From Girardia tigrina (taxonomy: Eukaryota): a DNA stretch of 60,779 nt. This document shows positions 41,601 through 52,356 of this stretch, in pieces. Numbering within the stretch: position 1 is the stretch's first letter; each line of letters starts with the position of its first letter. The stretch covers positions 1 through 60,779 of the forward strand of contig MQRK01252387.1 in NCBI GenBank assembly GCA_001938485.1, in the 5' to 3' direction. The translations under genes and the position numbers were made by a program. The notes beneath the pieces are model-generated. The model was not told the DNA's origin. It saw only the letters and a list, made by a program, of their open reading frames with translations, and did no database searches.

Positions 41601-44600
41601 ATTTTTCAACAAAATGTTTATTTCGATTCACACACTTTCGCTAACTAATAATCAACTAACAAATGTGCTTCCGGAGGATATGCGGCGAAGAAATCTTCCA
41701 CAGCAATCTTCAAATCGTCTTTGGATTCATTTTGGAAACCTATAAAATGCTTTTTTATGTGTTTAAAGAGGTGAAAATCGTTCGGTGCCAAATCTGAGCT
41801 GTACGCGGATGAATCACAAGCAATAGTCCAACACTTTCAATTGTAGCCCGAGAAATACCCGTAGATTCCACTGCATTTCTTCTTCTGATACACAAAGAAC
41901 TTGATAACGCTGCGATATTTGATGTCTGAAATCATTGCACTGATGAAAATTCAAAATTTTACAATAGAAATTTTATTACGTTTGGTAAAATAAAACTGAA
42001 ACTAAAACTTATTTTAATTTACAAATAAAATTAAAATTTGCTATTACATTTTTTACATTAGGTCGAGTACTTATTAAACGCAACATGTAGCATAAAAATG
42101 AATAAAAATTGGAATTATGATGAGAACTTTTTCTACAACTTATAGTATCAATATATTCAATTCTGCTATTCTTGATGGAAAATTTGAAATATCAAAATGT
42201 CGACAAGTCGACATTATACCTTTATATATCGTATATATGTAAACAGGTCGAAACTCGGGAGCAACGTTCGTGTTTAGGCTATTCGATAAGTACAAAGCTC
42301 GTGAATACCATTTGTTTAAAACCAATAAGTGGTTAACTACTTATCCGTATAAAAATCATATCTTATATCAATGTTAATATATGTCAGAAGTGAATACTTT
42401 TCGTTGTATATCTTTAGTCTTGATTTGTTTCTTTTCGAAACTAAATTGTATTTATTGTTTCTGTAAAACGATATTTCTCTAGGAAAAAGACGATTATTGA
42501 CTCGAAATTCATCACAAGAAGGTCATTCATTTATCGGTCGTTGTGGTGGTGAATAATCAAAAAATAGATCTTGGATTTATGTTTCATAAAATTTCACATA
42601 TGTCAGTACTTACTTCGTGAACACAATTTACTCCTATATTTTAATTTCGATTCTGAGGAATATTTTAAATTTAGTATCTAGAATTTTGTATGTTGAGTTC
42701 AGTATTTCCGACCCAAGATGGAAAATTGGTAATTTTGATGTTCGAGCTGATTAATTGTTCGAGTATTATTTACATTTTGAATTACAACGTAAGATATAAA
42801 AAATTTTAATTATTGAAATATTAAATCTTTCAATATTTGAATATTAAAAGTTTTGAGAAAGTAAAAAAGTTTAACTACATTTTAAATAAATTAAGTAAAT
42901 CTTTTTAATATTGAGTCTTGTGAACGCAAGTTTAGTATTTCGAAAATATAATTTGATTAAAGCTTTTTTTATACAACTATTGGACATGTTTCGATGTTTA
43001 TATACATCATCATCAGCAATTTTCTATTGAATTGTTTGAATAATACAATTTTTCACAATTTTAATAAATATAATTTACTTTAAAAAGTAACGAAAAAATT
43101 AAACATTTTTATTTATTACCCAATAATATTTTCATAAATAAAAATTTTTAATTTTTTCGTCACCTTTTAAAGTAAATTATATTTATTAAAATTGTGAAAA
43201 ATTGTATTATTCAAACAATTCAATAGAAAATTGCTTATGATGATGTATATAAACATCGAAACATGTCCAATAATTATATAAAAAAAGCTTTAATCAAATT
43301 ATACTTTCGAAATCTTTTTAAATATAACCATTTTTAAATTAAAATAATATTTAGATAAAATTTTATAAATTAATAAAGAAACATTTTAAAAATAAAATCT
43401 GAAAATAATTTCAATGTTATTAGCAAGATCACAAATTCCTTGAATCATTTATTTACAACACAAACAGAATCATTCTCAGTAGCAATTTTTGCGGGAAGCA
43501 TCGTTCTTGATTAATAAGTTTTTTGTTTATATATTTAAATCTTTGATTAATATTAAATAATATTAACTTTTAATTTCTCAAAATTTTATTGGATAAGAAC
43601 GCATAAATTAAATTTTAAAATAAACATTAGTTTTTAAAATATATTAAATTTAATAAGTTAAAATCGTTTTACTAAAAAATATTATTAAAATTTATAATAA
43701 TAAAACTTTTTAATTAATTAGTATTTAAACATTAGTCTCATTAAATTAATTTCATTATATTTAAATAATTAATCAATAACATATCAATCCCATCGGAGTA
43801 GGAGAGTCACAAATCTAAACAGCATACAAACAACAAACTTACAACATTCAGAATTTTCCCTCCCAAATATATAAAAGAAAAATTTGTTCTAAAATTTGTT
43901 TAAAACTATTTATTACCAAAATCCTTATCAAAGTACGAAAGCTTTACTGAGAATCATCCCAAATACAATTCAAACTGTCATAAAAATGAAAATGTGGAAA
44001 ATGATATTGGTGTTCTTAATATCGATATCATTCAGCAAGATACAGTTACATTTCCGGTCGGTGCCACAAACAACACTGATGATATTTCCGAAAATAATTC
44101 TGCTTTAACTTGACGACAATTTTATATTACCATTGAGATAATATCCATTAATAATTCCGATATGTTTCCACAACATCTACAATTTCAAACAGTTATTACC
44201 CACATATATATTGAGTAAGTGATACAATATTCTATTTGCGATTCCGATTCCATAAGATTGTATAATCAGAACAATTCTACTGTACTAGATATCCTTCCCA
44301 TTTATCCATAAATGTAAAAATACTGTTAGGTTTTATATTTTATAGTTATTATCGAAGTATTTCTTTTCTTGTTTTTTTTCGTTATGCAGTGAAAGCCGCT
44401 TATAGTGCCCACCGCTAGAGTGGCCCCTTGATGTACTTGTAAAAACCTTTAATGCATGCTCTGGCGCTGACTTTGACTTATAAACAGAACTTTGGATGTA
44501 ATGGCTATCCTGTTACAGTGACCAAATCTGGCTGGACGAATGAGGCCACTTCAAGCGGATTTTACTGTATCATCTTTCCAAATGAATTTTTTGTTCTTAT

Positions 44601-47600
44601 ATATTTATATTTTAATTTAAAATTCCATTTTTTTCTTTATTAATAATAAATTAAATTTTGCAAATTCTAAATATTTCTTTAGTTCATTTTAATAAAAGGG
44701 AATAATAAATTAAACAAAAAATATCCGCAAAAATAAATTTGAATATTATGTATATCAAAGAGATATTTTCATACAATATGTTATCTTAAATCAACATTCG
44801 TCCTTTTGGTTTATTTTTCAATTAGTTTTTAGTACTGAATTTGAGTTTATTTTTATCAACAAGTTTTGATAATTCTTTTTAAATTTGTACTAGTGAACTT
44901 TCATAGTAATTGAATCAGTATTCTAATATTGTTTTGTCTATTTTTTTATAGATCTGTTCGTTGACATTGTTAAAAACTCTGAAAAAATTACTTTTACAAC
45001 ATTTATTATTACAACAAGGAGAGTTGTCTCCGTTACAGCTCTCGGAAGATCGTTCACAAGTCGAGATTCTAGTTCGTGAATTTATATTTATATTTTCTGA
45101 TTTTTTATCATGATTATTCGAACAAATTTTCTTTATTTCTAAAATCTAAAATCTTTGAATAGAATTTGAATTTTTACATTTTTTAACATCGAAATTTTAT
45201 TTTCATTTAAAATTCGTTAAAAATATTTATTAAATTTCATTATAGAGAAATATTTTTAAATATTATTTATTTAAATTTGTCTTTGAAATTTATTTTATCT
45301 GGCCTAAAACTATTAAAACTATATATTAAAAATATACCAATTTTATTATTTTATAATTTTGGATTTGTTTAATAATTAAAATATCAAATATTCAAAAATT
45401 ACTAACTTTTTAGAAATTACTTATATTTTAAATTTAGTATTTTCTACTTATTATTTCATAAACTTAAATTTTATTAGATTATTAACGGATATCGCCAATT
45501 AGTATCACCAACCCAAATAGTATCACGACCCAAATAGTATCACGACCCAAATAATATCACCAATTTAAAAAATTTTTAGTGATACTATTTAAATTGTATC
45601 ACGACCCTATTAGTATCACTATTTAAGTTTTTAAAACTCACTTGAAAAAAAATCATTAATTTTTAAAATCATTTAATTAAATTGTTTTAATATTAATAAG
45701 TATTCCATTTTAAAAATTCTTATGGCCAACCGATCATTTACAATCGCTTTCAAAAAAAGAAGTAATCAAGTTTATGTTGCAAGGCAAAACGTGTAATGCT
45801 GCAAAACAGTATTTCAAAGTTAAAAACTGGGAAATATATGAACATTCTATGTTTCAACAGTGGTTTAATAACAAAGACAAACTTGCTAATCAAAAACCAT
45901 CATTGAAAAGAGCGTTGGGAGCAGGAAAGAAAACCAGTTTTGGAACTATAGAACAAATTATTTGCGATGAGATAATAGATCTTAGAATACGAAAAATGAA
46001 AGTTAGTCGGAAGTATATTTCTGATAGGGCAGTGGCATTGAGTAAAGAGTTTAATATTAAATTAAAGGCTACTGGAAATTGGATAACAGGGTTTATGAAG
46101 AGAAATGGATTTACACTTAGGCGAACTAGCAATTTAACAATATTTTCAGACTCTGACATAATTTAACGTGCTGTTAATTATATGAAATATTTAAAAAATC
46201 GTCTTCCTTATTTAAATATTAAAAAGACTTTAATGATGGATGAAACTGCAGTATTTTTTGAGGATGCCAGAACAAATACTGTGGATTTACTCGGAACACG
46301 CCATGTAGTAATGACATCAACTGGTTTTAGTTCAATGAGAGTAACAGCACTGATTTCTTTTGGGTAGTTGGTAGGAAGGCAATGCCTTTGGTAATCCGAA
46401 AAGGAAAGGATGGAAGTCCTATTTGTAAACAAAATCGTGTCTTGCATACTACTCAATCAAAATCCTGGGTTAACCAAGAATTAATTATAAATTGGATCGA
46501 CCATATGTTTCCTTTGATTGATTTAAGCAACGGTAAGTGTATTATTTGGGATTCGTGTCGAGTTCATTTAGGCCTCCAAATAAAAGAACATTGTGTTAAG
46601 AGAAATGTTGAAATGATCACGATCCCAGGGGGATGGACACCTTATCTACAAGCAGGAGATATAGGAATTTTTCGTTCCTTGAAGGATTTGATATATTTTC
46701 GTATTAATGAATGGAAGAACTCTGATTCTGTTGTTTATACTAAAAATGGTAATCCAAAACGACCATCGAAGGAATTGGTTAATTCATAGGTCGGAGAATC
46801 TTTGAATGAATTGAAAACCAAAACCATAAAAAACTCAATAATATCATCAGGATTTAGTTCGAACCCTGACGATTGGCATATAGCAAAGCATGATGTGTAT
46901 GGTAGAAAGTTTTCCGAGGCTTGGGCTGTTTCAAACCAGATTGAACAATTTCCCTACGAGTCTACTTCCGGGGAAGATGTAGATGATCAGGATGTAGACT
47001 GTTTAGATAATGATGATTTAGAATGTTTGGATGTCGTTAATGAATAAAGTATTATTGATATTTGTTTTCTTTTTTATTCATATTTTGATATTTTTGTTAA
47101 TGTGAATTGAAAGCACCAAATAGTATCACGACGCAAATATTATCACCAAAAATTTTAGTGATACTATTTAAATAGTATCCGTGATACTATTTGGCGACAT
47201 CCGTTAATTACATAAACTTTTCAAAATTTTAATTTTGTTCGAATAATGAATTAAAATCAACATACCACATACCAACCTTTTAAATATTCCTCACGTATTA
47301 TTTTGAACTAAATTTTTTCAACCCCCTATGGGAACTTCATGGACGATGGAATGGTGTCCAACCCGGCCATTCAGTTGACAAAGTATTTAATACTTCCTGG
47401 AATGATTCAAGAAATATACAACGGTCTTTTGTTTTTTTCATGATTTTTTACATTTGTTCTGTACAAAAAAAATCAAAAGTGTTTTCAAAAATTTTGTTTG
47501 AATCTACTTAATACATATTTGATTTAAAACCAAAATGTTCCGGAAACAAATTGATTGCTTTTCTTAATCAGATTAGATCAAGCATAATTAATTGTGCAGC

Positions 47601-47661
47601 ATCAAACGGAACGATGAAAGGGATGGATGATGTTCGAAGCTTAATTAAAGTGCCGGATGAG
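6527..47661 (+). CDS. CACNA2D: Voltage-gated calcium channel alpha-2/delta subunit, internal portion. Exons 6527-6576, 12462-12545, 18290-18337, 24707-24784, 29872-29946, 33276-33347, 47572-47661; start and stop not found in window
   Basis: Each exon is bounded by AG/GT and they join in frame: (G)YFGHIHAMGAVSNIID-DVSTVLSHTMVFNDETYYVWHNIYLDSL-GMGLMTSLTMPVYNRS-GNGSFLGLLGTDMTVAFMDDLVPHDK-LGPTGYAFAINTNGYIIFHPELKNQ-LGWMRDPPNVDMVEIEYNSDDKTK-IRSSIINCAASNGTMKGMDDVRSLIKVPDE. This is colinear with the alpha2delta-1 sequence as recalled ([91 protein letters not shown]). Paralog number cannot be assigned. Confidence 0.93.
6650..6778 (+). CDS. Candidate phase-0 cassette exon, 43 aa (KYSVSVHRHEIHRGCKLEESEFRLGLIFVNEDELQNPEDFPHP)
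   Basis: tttgtgcag acceptor and CCG|gtaggg donor; 129 nt, stop-free, GC higher than flanks, phase-compatible with neighbouring exons; no counterpart in canonical alpha2delta. Confidence 0.5.
8871..10135 (-). mobile_element. mariner element (cecropia/Hsmar1-like), defective
   Basis: TIR TTAGGTTGTTT.(A/C)AAATAATGTCG, TA TSD; WIPYEL, IVTCDEKW, YSPDLSSADYH motifs with frameshifts. Confidence 0.92.
10380..11075 (-). mobile_element. 5'-truncated RLE-clade non-LTR retrotransposon (NeSL/Utopia/R2-like) 3' end
   Basis: Zn-knuckle remnant ETPMHIINGC...KHDKI, restriction-like endonuclease FDILV..IIEVKSPWD...RACEKY, FVVGSLGRW; 3' (TTAAA)n tail. Confidence 0.8.
11300..12360 (-). mobile_element. Decayed mariner
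   Basis: MEKIEIRTIIK*EY..GTSASETTRKIN N-terminus, GKVKK.DNWIPH, RIVTCNEKW; boundaries approximate. Confidence 0.7.
12462..12545 (+). CDS. CACNA2D: alpha2delta exon DVSTVLSHTMVFNDETYYVWHNIYLDSL
   Basis: ttattag|...|gtatgt; W.N.YLD motif at the start of the Cache domain. Confidence 0.92.
12860..12990. repeat. Low-complexity (TTA/TTTA)n tract
   Basis: Almost only T and A. Confidence 0.85.
13755..15046 (+). mobile_element. mariner-family element with a distinct TIR, defective
   Basis: TIRs TTAA(C/T)ATGGTAA.AAAGTTTTTT..CCGTTACTC with TA flanks; HPRSGRP, WVPYQL, DETW, HDNARPH, PY*PDL. Confidence 0.9.
15980..16530 (-). mobile_element. Internally deleted mariner fragment
   Basis: HTH region NIRKFIYYNWKRGLST...GEGTVGLRTC..W..KF and C-terminal GINKLPGRWQRCI..NG.Y; terminal ~75 bp recurs at about 50877-50952. 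Confidence 0.7.
18290..18337 (+). CDS. CACNA2D: alpha2delta exon GMGLMTSLTMPVYNRS
   Basis: ttttcag|...|gtttgt; LGL..T.T.PV.N motif. Confidence 0.92.
18431..19697 (+). mobile_element. mariner element (cecropia-like), defective
   Basis: TIR TTAGGTT(A/G)ATGC.AAAGAAATGTCGTTTTT, TA flanks; HDNARPH and HPTYSPDFSLTDYHLF. Confidence 0.92.
20944..21732 (+). mobile_element. Non-autonomous Helitron, family B, (TTTG)n, containing a Harbinger end
   Basis: Homologous to 52794-53433 and 56120-57198; ends ATGACGGGTCTTTTTCTAG|T. Confidence 0.7.
23150..24060 (-). mobile_element. Decayed CR1/L2-like LINE reverse transcriptase 3' part
   Basis: Degenerate .SKGF (KAFD), GYAD (YADD) and W..L terminal motifs in the correct order; many stops. 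Confidence 0.5.
24707..24784 (+). CDS. CACNA2D: alpha2delta exon GNGSFLGLLGTDMTVAFMDDLVPHDK
   Basis: attcag|...|gtacgc; Cache-domain LGV.G.D motif. Confidence 0.92.
25640..26240 (-). mobile_element. mariner 5' fragment (mellifera-like)
   Basis: MKENKLHFRYLMLFYFKKAKNATQARNKLC..VY; TGDEKQI motif downstream. Confidence 0.75.
26250..27471 (+). mobile_element. mariner element, same family as 8871-10135, defective
   Basis: Same TIRs; near-identical peptides (ENENLKALVEANPRTTVR, HDNAQPH, HPPYSPDLSPADYH). Confidence 0.93.
28395..29090 (+). mobile_element. Mutator-like (MULE) transposase remnant
   Basis: ALAFVP, RTNIHAEGVNRAL...PLLWKFI, matching the MULE RTNN..EGW..P.+WKFI motif. Confidence 0.75.
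29649..29797 (+). mobile_element. Non-autonomous Helitron, family A (short copy in a TA tract)
   Basis: TATAAAAGCCCAAGTCACTCACTG 5' region; 3' hairpin CCGTCATACATGACGG then CTAG|T. Confidence 0.75.
29872..29946 (+). CDS. CACNA2D: alpha2delta exon LGPTGYAFAINTNGYIIFHPELKNQ
   Basis: tttag|...|gtaaca; diagnostic GY.FAI..NGY...HP motif. Confidence 0.95.
31955..32680 (+). mobile_element. Decayed mariner related to the 36702-41465 family
   Basis: NPHELAEAK...FWKHTVTFDEKWIYLVN, QQDNPK.H; degenerate 3' TIR GAACTTTTTTGACAAC. Confidence 0.7.
33276..33347 (+). CDS. CACNA2D: alpha2delta exon LGWMRDPPNVDMVEIEYNSDDKTK
   Basis: tttcag|...|gtaaat; P..D..E.E motif. Confidence 0.9.
34297..34698 (-). mobile_element. 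Non-autonomous Helitron, family A with (CTGC)n microsatellite
   Basis: A|TCTTAT... 5' end, CCCGTCATACATGACGGG hairpin and CTAG|T 3' end; internal palindrome ATCTACTTACAATTGTAAGTAGAT. Confidence 0.8.
35415..35925 (+). mobile_element. Tc1-like transposon 3' remnant
   Basis: EDNDQKHTSK...MEWKSQSPNANTIE resembles the DNDPKH..WPSQSPDLNPIE motif; terminal GAGTCAAAACTTTTG. Confidence 0.65.
37301..40826 (-). mobile_element. P-superfamily (THAP9/Galileo-like) DNA transposon inserted in a mariner
   Basis: 36-bp TIRs CATGGACCCCTGTATAATAGCATCTGGA(T/C)TAACAAC with 1 mismatch; 7-bp TSD ACTTGGT (37294-37300 and 40827-40833); 19-bp internal inverted repeats; THAP-domain transposase inside. Confidence 0.93.
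37535..40497 (-). pseudogene. THAP9/P-element-like transposase, disrupted
   Basis: THAP domain MGFKCAAPGCKTGY...HKFP...*...RICSKHF with the conserved Trp changed to TAG; 70-nt GT-AG intron 40159-40228; core motifs LPSINTLRKL, LIIDEIY, CLDNYSVNR, FDTTHNVKNIYNN, YVGGYI, NRGGLTYPS; further stops and frameshifts plus an N gap. Confidence 0.9.
41506..42088 (-). mobile_element. mariner-derived deletion derivative (MITE-like)
   Basis: Imperfect TIRs (ATGGTGTGTTCAATAAGTACCCGGCCT vs AGGTCGAGTACTTATTAAACGCAACATGT); YSSDLAPNDFHLFKH peptide. Confidence 0.7.
42909..43309 (-). mobile_element. Penelope-like fold-back insertion (inverted pLTR plus ~30-nt tail)
   Basis: Near-perfect ~175-bp inverted arms (about 42938-43115 / 43135-43312); unique ~30-nt extension on one side; direct repeat AAATCTTTTTAA at 42897-42908 and 43310-43321; hammerhead motif in the arms. 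Confidence 0.75.
42979..43020 (-). ncRNA. Minimal type I hammerhead ribozyme (PLE-type)
   Basis: Minus strand ATTG-CTGATGA-T-GATGT(ATATAA)ACATC-GAAAC-AT-GTC-CAAT: catalytic boxes, stem II, palindromic ACATGT stem III, GUC cleavage triplet, stem I ATTG/CAAT. Confidence 0.8.
44387..44567. mobile_element. pogo/Tigger-type MITE
   Basis: Termini CAGTGAAAGCCGCTT...AAGCGGATTTTACTG; 181 bp. Confidence 0.6.
45485..47204 (+). mobile_element. pogo/Tigger-like DNA transposon with disrupted CENP-B-HTH/DDE_1 transposase (about 45722-47047)
   Basis: TIRs ACGGAT(A/G)TCGCCAA(T/A)TAGTATCAC with TA TSD; subterminal CCAAATAGTATCAC repeats; KATGNWITGFMKRNGFTLRR, MDET, WDSCRVH, IPGG.TPYLQAGD; in-frame stops. Confidence 0.92.
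47572..47661 (+). CDS. CACNA2D: alpha2delta exon IRSSIINCAASNGTMKGMDDVRSLIKVPDE
   Basis: taatcag|...|gtaaga; matches IR..MI...R.L.K..DE. Confidence 0.88.
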
Positions 47662-48519
47662 GTAAGACTATTGTGACTGTCAATTTACTTTTGTAATATT
47701 TATTCAATCGGCCTTTGTTGTCATTTTCAAATATTCTACAGTATTTATTATATTATTTTACTTTTTACGTATTATTACAAAAAGATTTTTATGCGTTGTT
47801 TAATGCAATGTCACAGAATTTGGCATTTGTGTTCCTCAGTCTTATTTCATTATTTGAAGGAAATTTTGGATTTAGTTTGATAATTACTTCCAAATTTCGC
47901 TATTAATAACATTTAAATTAATAAATAAATTGGACAATTAATTTAATGCACCTCTTTGATAATTATTCGTTCACAGAACGAATTCCATTTTCCATCAGAA
48001 TTTATTCCTCACAAATTAAATTTGTTTACTACAAAGTCGTATATTTGAAAATTTTTAATTTAAATATATATATTTGTTTTAAGATTTATTTACATTTTTA
48101 TGGCTGAAAAAGCACTTGCATCGCTCTGATTGTAATTCATGGGTACAATGTCCTCACAATTGCCAATAGAATGAGCTCAGGGATGAAACAATGAGGATTG
48201 CAGCGCCACCAATATTTGCTGGCCATTTCTTCAACATTTCTGAAATCAAAATACATCTTTTCTTCAAAATGAAAGTTTTTAATAACTTTAATAATGATTT
48301 AAATGATTTCACCATAAATGTTTTACTTCTTTTACATAAAATCACATTTTTATGACCGAAAACTACTGATATGGATCAAATATACTCAAAAGAAGAACTG
48401 TACATCCGAACAAACATCATTTATCATAAATGTATTCTGCGTCATTTTCAATCACTAGCTGTAAATAATCTCACACTTTATATAGTTTGTCTGAAATTAG
48501 TCGGTGGTATGGCTAGTGA

Positions 48520-48870
48520 ACCTCTCTCCGTCTTTCAGGTATGAAGCTGACGGTGCCCTCATTTCACTCCATATAATGCAGAGATTGACATGATACTACT
48601 CAGGTGGATAACTGACATCATTGCAATACCGATCATTAGGATTGATTCATCCCATATCATTGCGATGCTATCTCACCGTAGACTACTCCATACAGCCTTC
48701 ACACCCAGCTTTGTAGGTGGCCTTAACAGAACGGATTACTAACCCGTTAAGAATGCAAATCGCCGCCGGCATTCTGAAAAAATGACTCAGCACAGCTTTG
48801 GACACTTTAGACTATGTATGTTTGACTGGTTTATATACAGTTTGCCAAAGCTAGTGATCCTCAACTTGGT
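48520..48870 (-). mobile_element. Decayed RTE-like LINE fragment
   Basis: SISALYGV resembles the RTE LLYG.E motif; GC-elevated; weak. Confidence 0.35.
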
Positions 48871-51837
48871 ATGGCTAGTAATTTTTCAAGCACCAATTTG
48901 TCTACATTTTCATCATCATTGAACATTTTTTACACTTATCTTATTTACTAAATTAACAAATATAACAATCGATCCCAAATATATAAATCTTTAGAATAGA
49001 TTACATTGAAGGGTACTCCTGGTTCTTGTTTCTTCAGGAACTCTTGAGTTTTGCTTGTCAGAGAAGGTTTAGCATAGTAAATTGAAGAAGAACACCTTTC
49101 AATCTTTTTTTTCTAAATTTCGTTTCATGAAAAAACAATTTTATTAAGTAATAAGTATTAAAGTGTTTGTCTAGCTTATGTTACTGCCATTCAAAATTTA
49201 GCAGTTGAGAATCTGAGATTACGCTTTTTTAAGTTTTATTTTCAACCTATTTCAAAAAGAGATCAAAAGAAAACGTATCGTCATTTACGCAATATATACG
49301 TTCACTCTCTTGTTAACGAGATTTTTTCTAATTGACATGACAATAGTTTGCTTTAGTTTTCATTGTTGAGCATTAAGTTAATGGGAAACCCAAAATATTG
49401 CAAATGTATCATTATTGATCCTTATCGTACATGAAAATTCATGCAATTTGTCAGTCACTATTTCAAAATATCTAATTCTGCGCAATAAACGCTGTGGAAT
49501 TCTAAATATTTCATGGAGTCCTCAAATTAGGTATACATTCAACTCGAGCCTGACAAATTTCATTATTGGCAGATATTGACATATGTTTCTAGCAGATCAT
49601 CATACACTTCGCTTACATGTTTTTCAGGAAATGTGAATAAATTCAAATTAAAAATTGATATTTTACATTATACTTCGCAGGTAGTGTTAGAATGTACATA
49701 TATAGACCCTTAAAACGCCACATACACCCCAAACGCCAAATACTTTTTTTAAGTAATCTCGTTAGAATAATTCATGACTTGGAAATAAAAATAAGAAAAA
49801 TTTAAATCGACAGCCTTTAAAGCTCTTTTTAGCAATGCTTGTTACAGTAGAAATGGTACAGTCAATAGTCGGTTGTGGCACTGATAAAAAGTACTGGGAA
49901 CCGGTTATTGCCTGTTCCGGAGGTTTAAGATTTAAAATATTACTGTAAAAAATGACACAAGCTAAAATTAAAATAAATCTGAAAACTGTCTAAATTTTTC
50001 CGGTTACACTAAGAAAAAGATCCTCCCATTTATGAATGATACTGTTGATGTTGTTTTGCAAAAATTCATCGGGTCTGGACTCGAAGTAGATATTATAATA
50101 TCTTTAAGATCCAGATACAGATCATGGTCCTTTTTAAATGGAGGCCTGGCTTCACTTAAGACTTTGGCGTAAGTCATGACGTCTTTTACTTATTTCTGTG
50201 TTTCATATTGACGCATAAACACCATTTTCCATCTTCCTTAACGATTCAGTATGGGAACCAATCTCTAAGTCCGCATGTGGCACGATGTTTTGAAAGATCT
50301 TTTCCTTGTTTCCTCCATTAGGCATTTTAAGAGAACTCACACATTTGATAGAACATTTATTACATTGACAATTTTGATCATCTCTATGACAATCAACAAC
50401 ATTGCTGTCACTTGAATTCATCACTCAATGTTTAATACTTCTCATCCAAAATCTGATATAACTTGAAGAAAATTATTTTATTTAAAATATTTAACTTAAA
50501 TTTTATTGGCTAAAATAAAATTACTTTTTTTAATCATTTTTAAACATTAATTTGATTTTAATTATTTTTAAAAATTTACAAAAATAAAATGAATAAAATT
50601 ATTTAAAATTTACAATAGTAAAAAATTAAAAATTTGAATATTAAATCTAAATTTGAATAAATTAGTTTCAGATTATAAGAATTAAAATATTAATCATCCA
50701 TTTGATTAGGAGAGGCACAATCACAAATCAACACACGACATTTAAACATGTAAACACTACACAAAAACATCAACACACCAAATATTCCTCACAGGGTACA
50801 TGGGGCTCGTAAGCATCAAAATTTGGGAAATATCTCATTTATATATATCTCATATATATATATAGGCTTAGGTTATATTTCATTAACCGCGAATTGCATA
50901 GAACTAAATTTAGAAAGCTTTATTCATCGGCAGAAACTTTTGAGCCAAACCTTTTTATACATTTTAAAATACACAATTTTGATTTTTAAAGAAAGTTATA
51001 TTTTTATAATATTTTGTCTTTAGATACATACGTATGAAAAAGTCAGAACCTATGCTTACTATGGAGTACCTTATTCAACATTTGGGTTGGTTTTTAAAAA
51101 TTATTAGAAATTATTTTAATAAATAAAATAATTAATTTTATTTTCATTCAACAAAACAAATTGACAGAAAAATCAAAACCAAAATTAACAAATGATTAAT
51201 ACTTGAAAATTGTTTTTTTTCAATTAATGATTTTTAAATTAATTTAATTCTATTTGTTTAAATCTGATAATCTTCAAATAATTATTTTAATTAATCTCAT
51301 TTGTTTAAGGGAAAACATTATTTTGTTTTAATTAATTGTTTTCAAAACAACAAAAACGAAGTGAGTGTATTACAAAAAAAATTTTGTTTTGAAATTTATT
51401 TATATAATATTTACGATAGTAAAGGAAATTAATTAAAACAAAAAAAACATTCATAGATTATTTATTAATTCGTTTATTATTTTTATGGAAAAAATCATTA
51501 TAATTATTTATTTATTTGAATAATTGATTTATTTTCATTGTAGCGTAATGTTGAATATCAAGATTAATTTTTAATAATAACAAAATTAAAAGCAAGGTTG
51601 TAAAGAGTTTTGTCTTTCCATTATTTACGACTTTCTTGGTGACACCAAGTAGCGTTACCATTAATCTGTCCCCTCTGAATGGCTTTACTGTAATATAGTT
51701 TCCATGNNNNNNNNNNNNNNNNNNNNNNNNNNNNNNNNNNNNNNNNNNNNNNNNNNNNNNNNNNNNNNNNNNNNNNNNNNNNNNNNNNTATATATATATA
51801 TATATATTAAGATTTAATGGTAATTTATTTGACACAT

Positions 51838-51935
51838 ATCATGAGAGGATAGTCGCTGAGGCATTATTAATAAAGCATTTAAAACCATGCTTAAATGTTC
51901 AAAGTGAATTATCCAATCATATTAAAATCTTTTAA
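51838..51935 (+). mobile_element. Penelope-like GIY-YIG endonuclease C-terminal remnant
   Basis: HERIVAEALLIKHLKPCLNVQ..* matches the PLE EAL.IK...P.LN.Q motif; degenerate hammerhead-like GCGAAACATGT at about 52306-52316. Confidence 0.65.
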
Positions 51936-52356
51936 TATTAATTAAAATAAAAGATTAAAAAAATTTTTCTTCAAAACTGTAAATTCAGTTTCATAGTTAA
52001 CTTTCTCTATTTCTGAACTTTTTAATGTGATCTAGAATCGAGCTATTCCTACACAATTGAGTGTACTCAATTCTAGAGCAGAGATGACGATTTGTTTCTC
52101 CAATGTACAAGGATTCACACTTGTGACATTTAAATTGATATACTAGATTAGCTTGGATACCCGATGGAGTTTTTGATTTATTTGAGAAATATCTCGATAG
52201 TTTATTAGTTAAAGATCACCCGCAAATTAAAACCCGATTAAAAAAAGATTAATTGCGTAATAGTCAATGTGCCATATAAATGACTTGTAATTTGATGCTG
52301 TAATGGCGAAACATGTTTTGACACATAAAGAACTTTTTAAATGGCGTTTGTTATTC

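Noticed and set aside
43230-43271. Second active hammerhead on the plus strand
   Set aside because: The core reads CUUAUGA, losing the conserved G5, so it is predicted inactive.
45490-45620. Short direct repeats resembling a CRISPR array
   Set aside because: Eukaryotic context, no unique spacers; these are pogo subterminal repeats.
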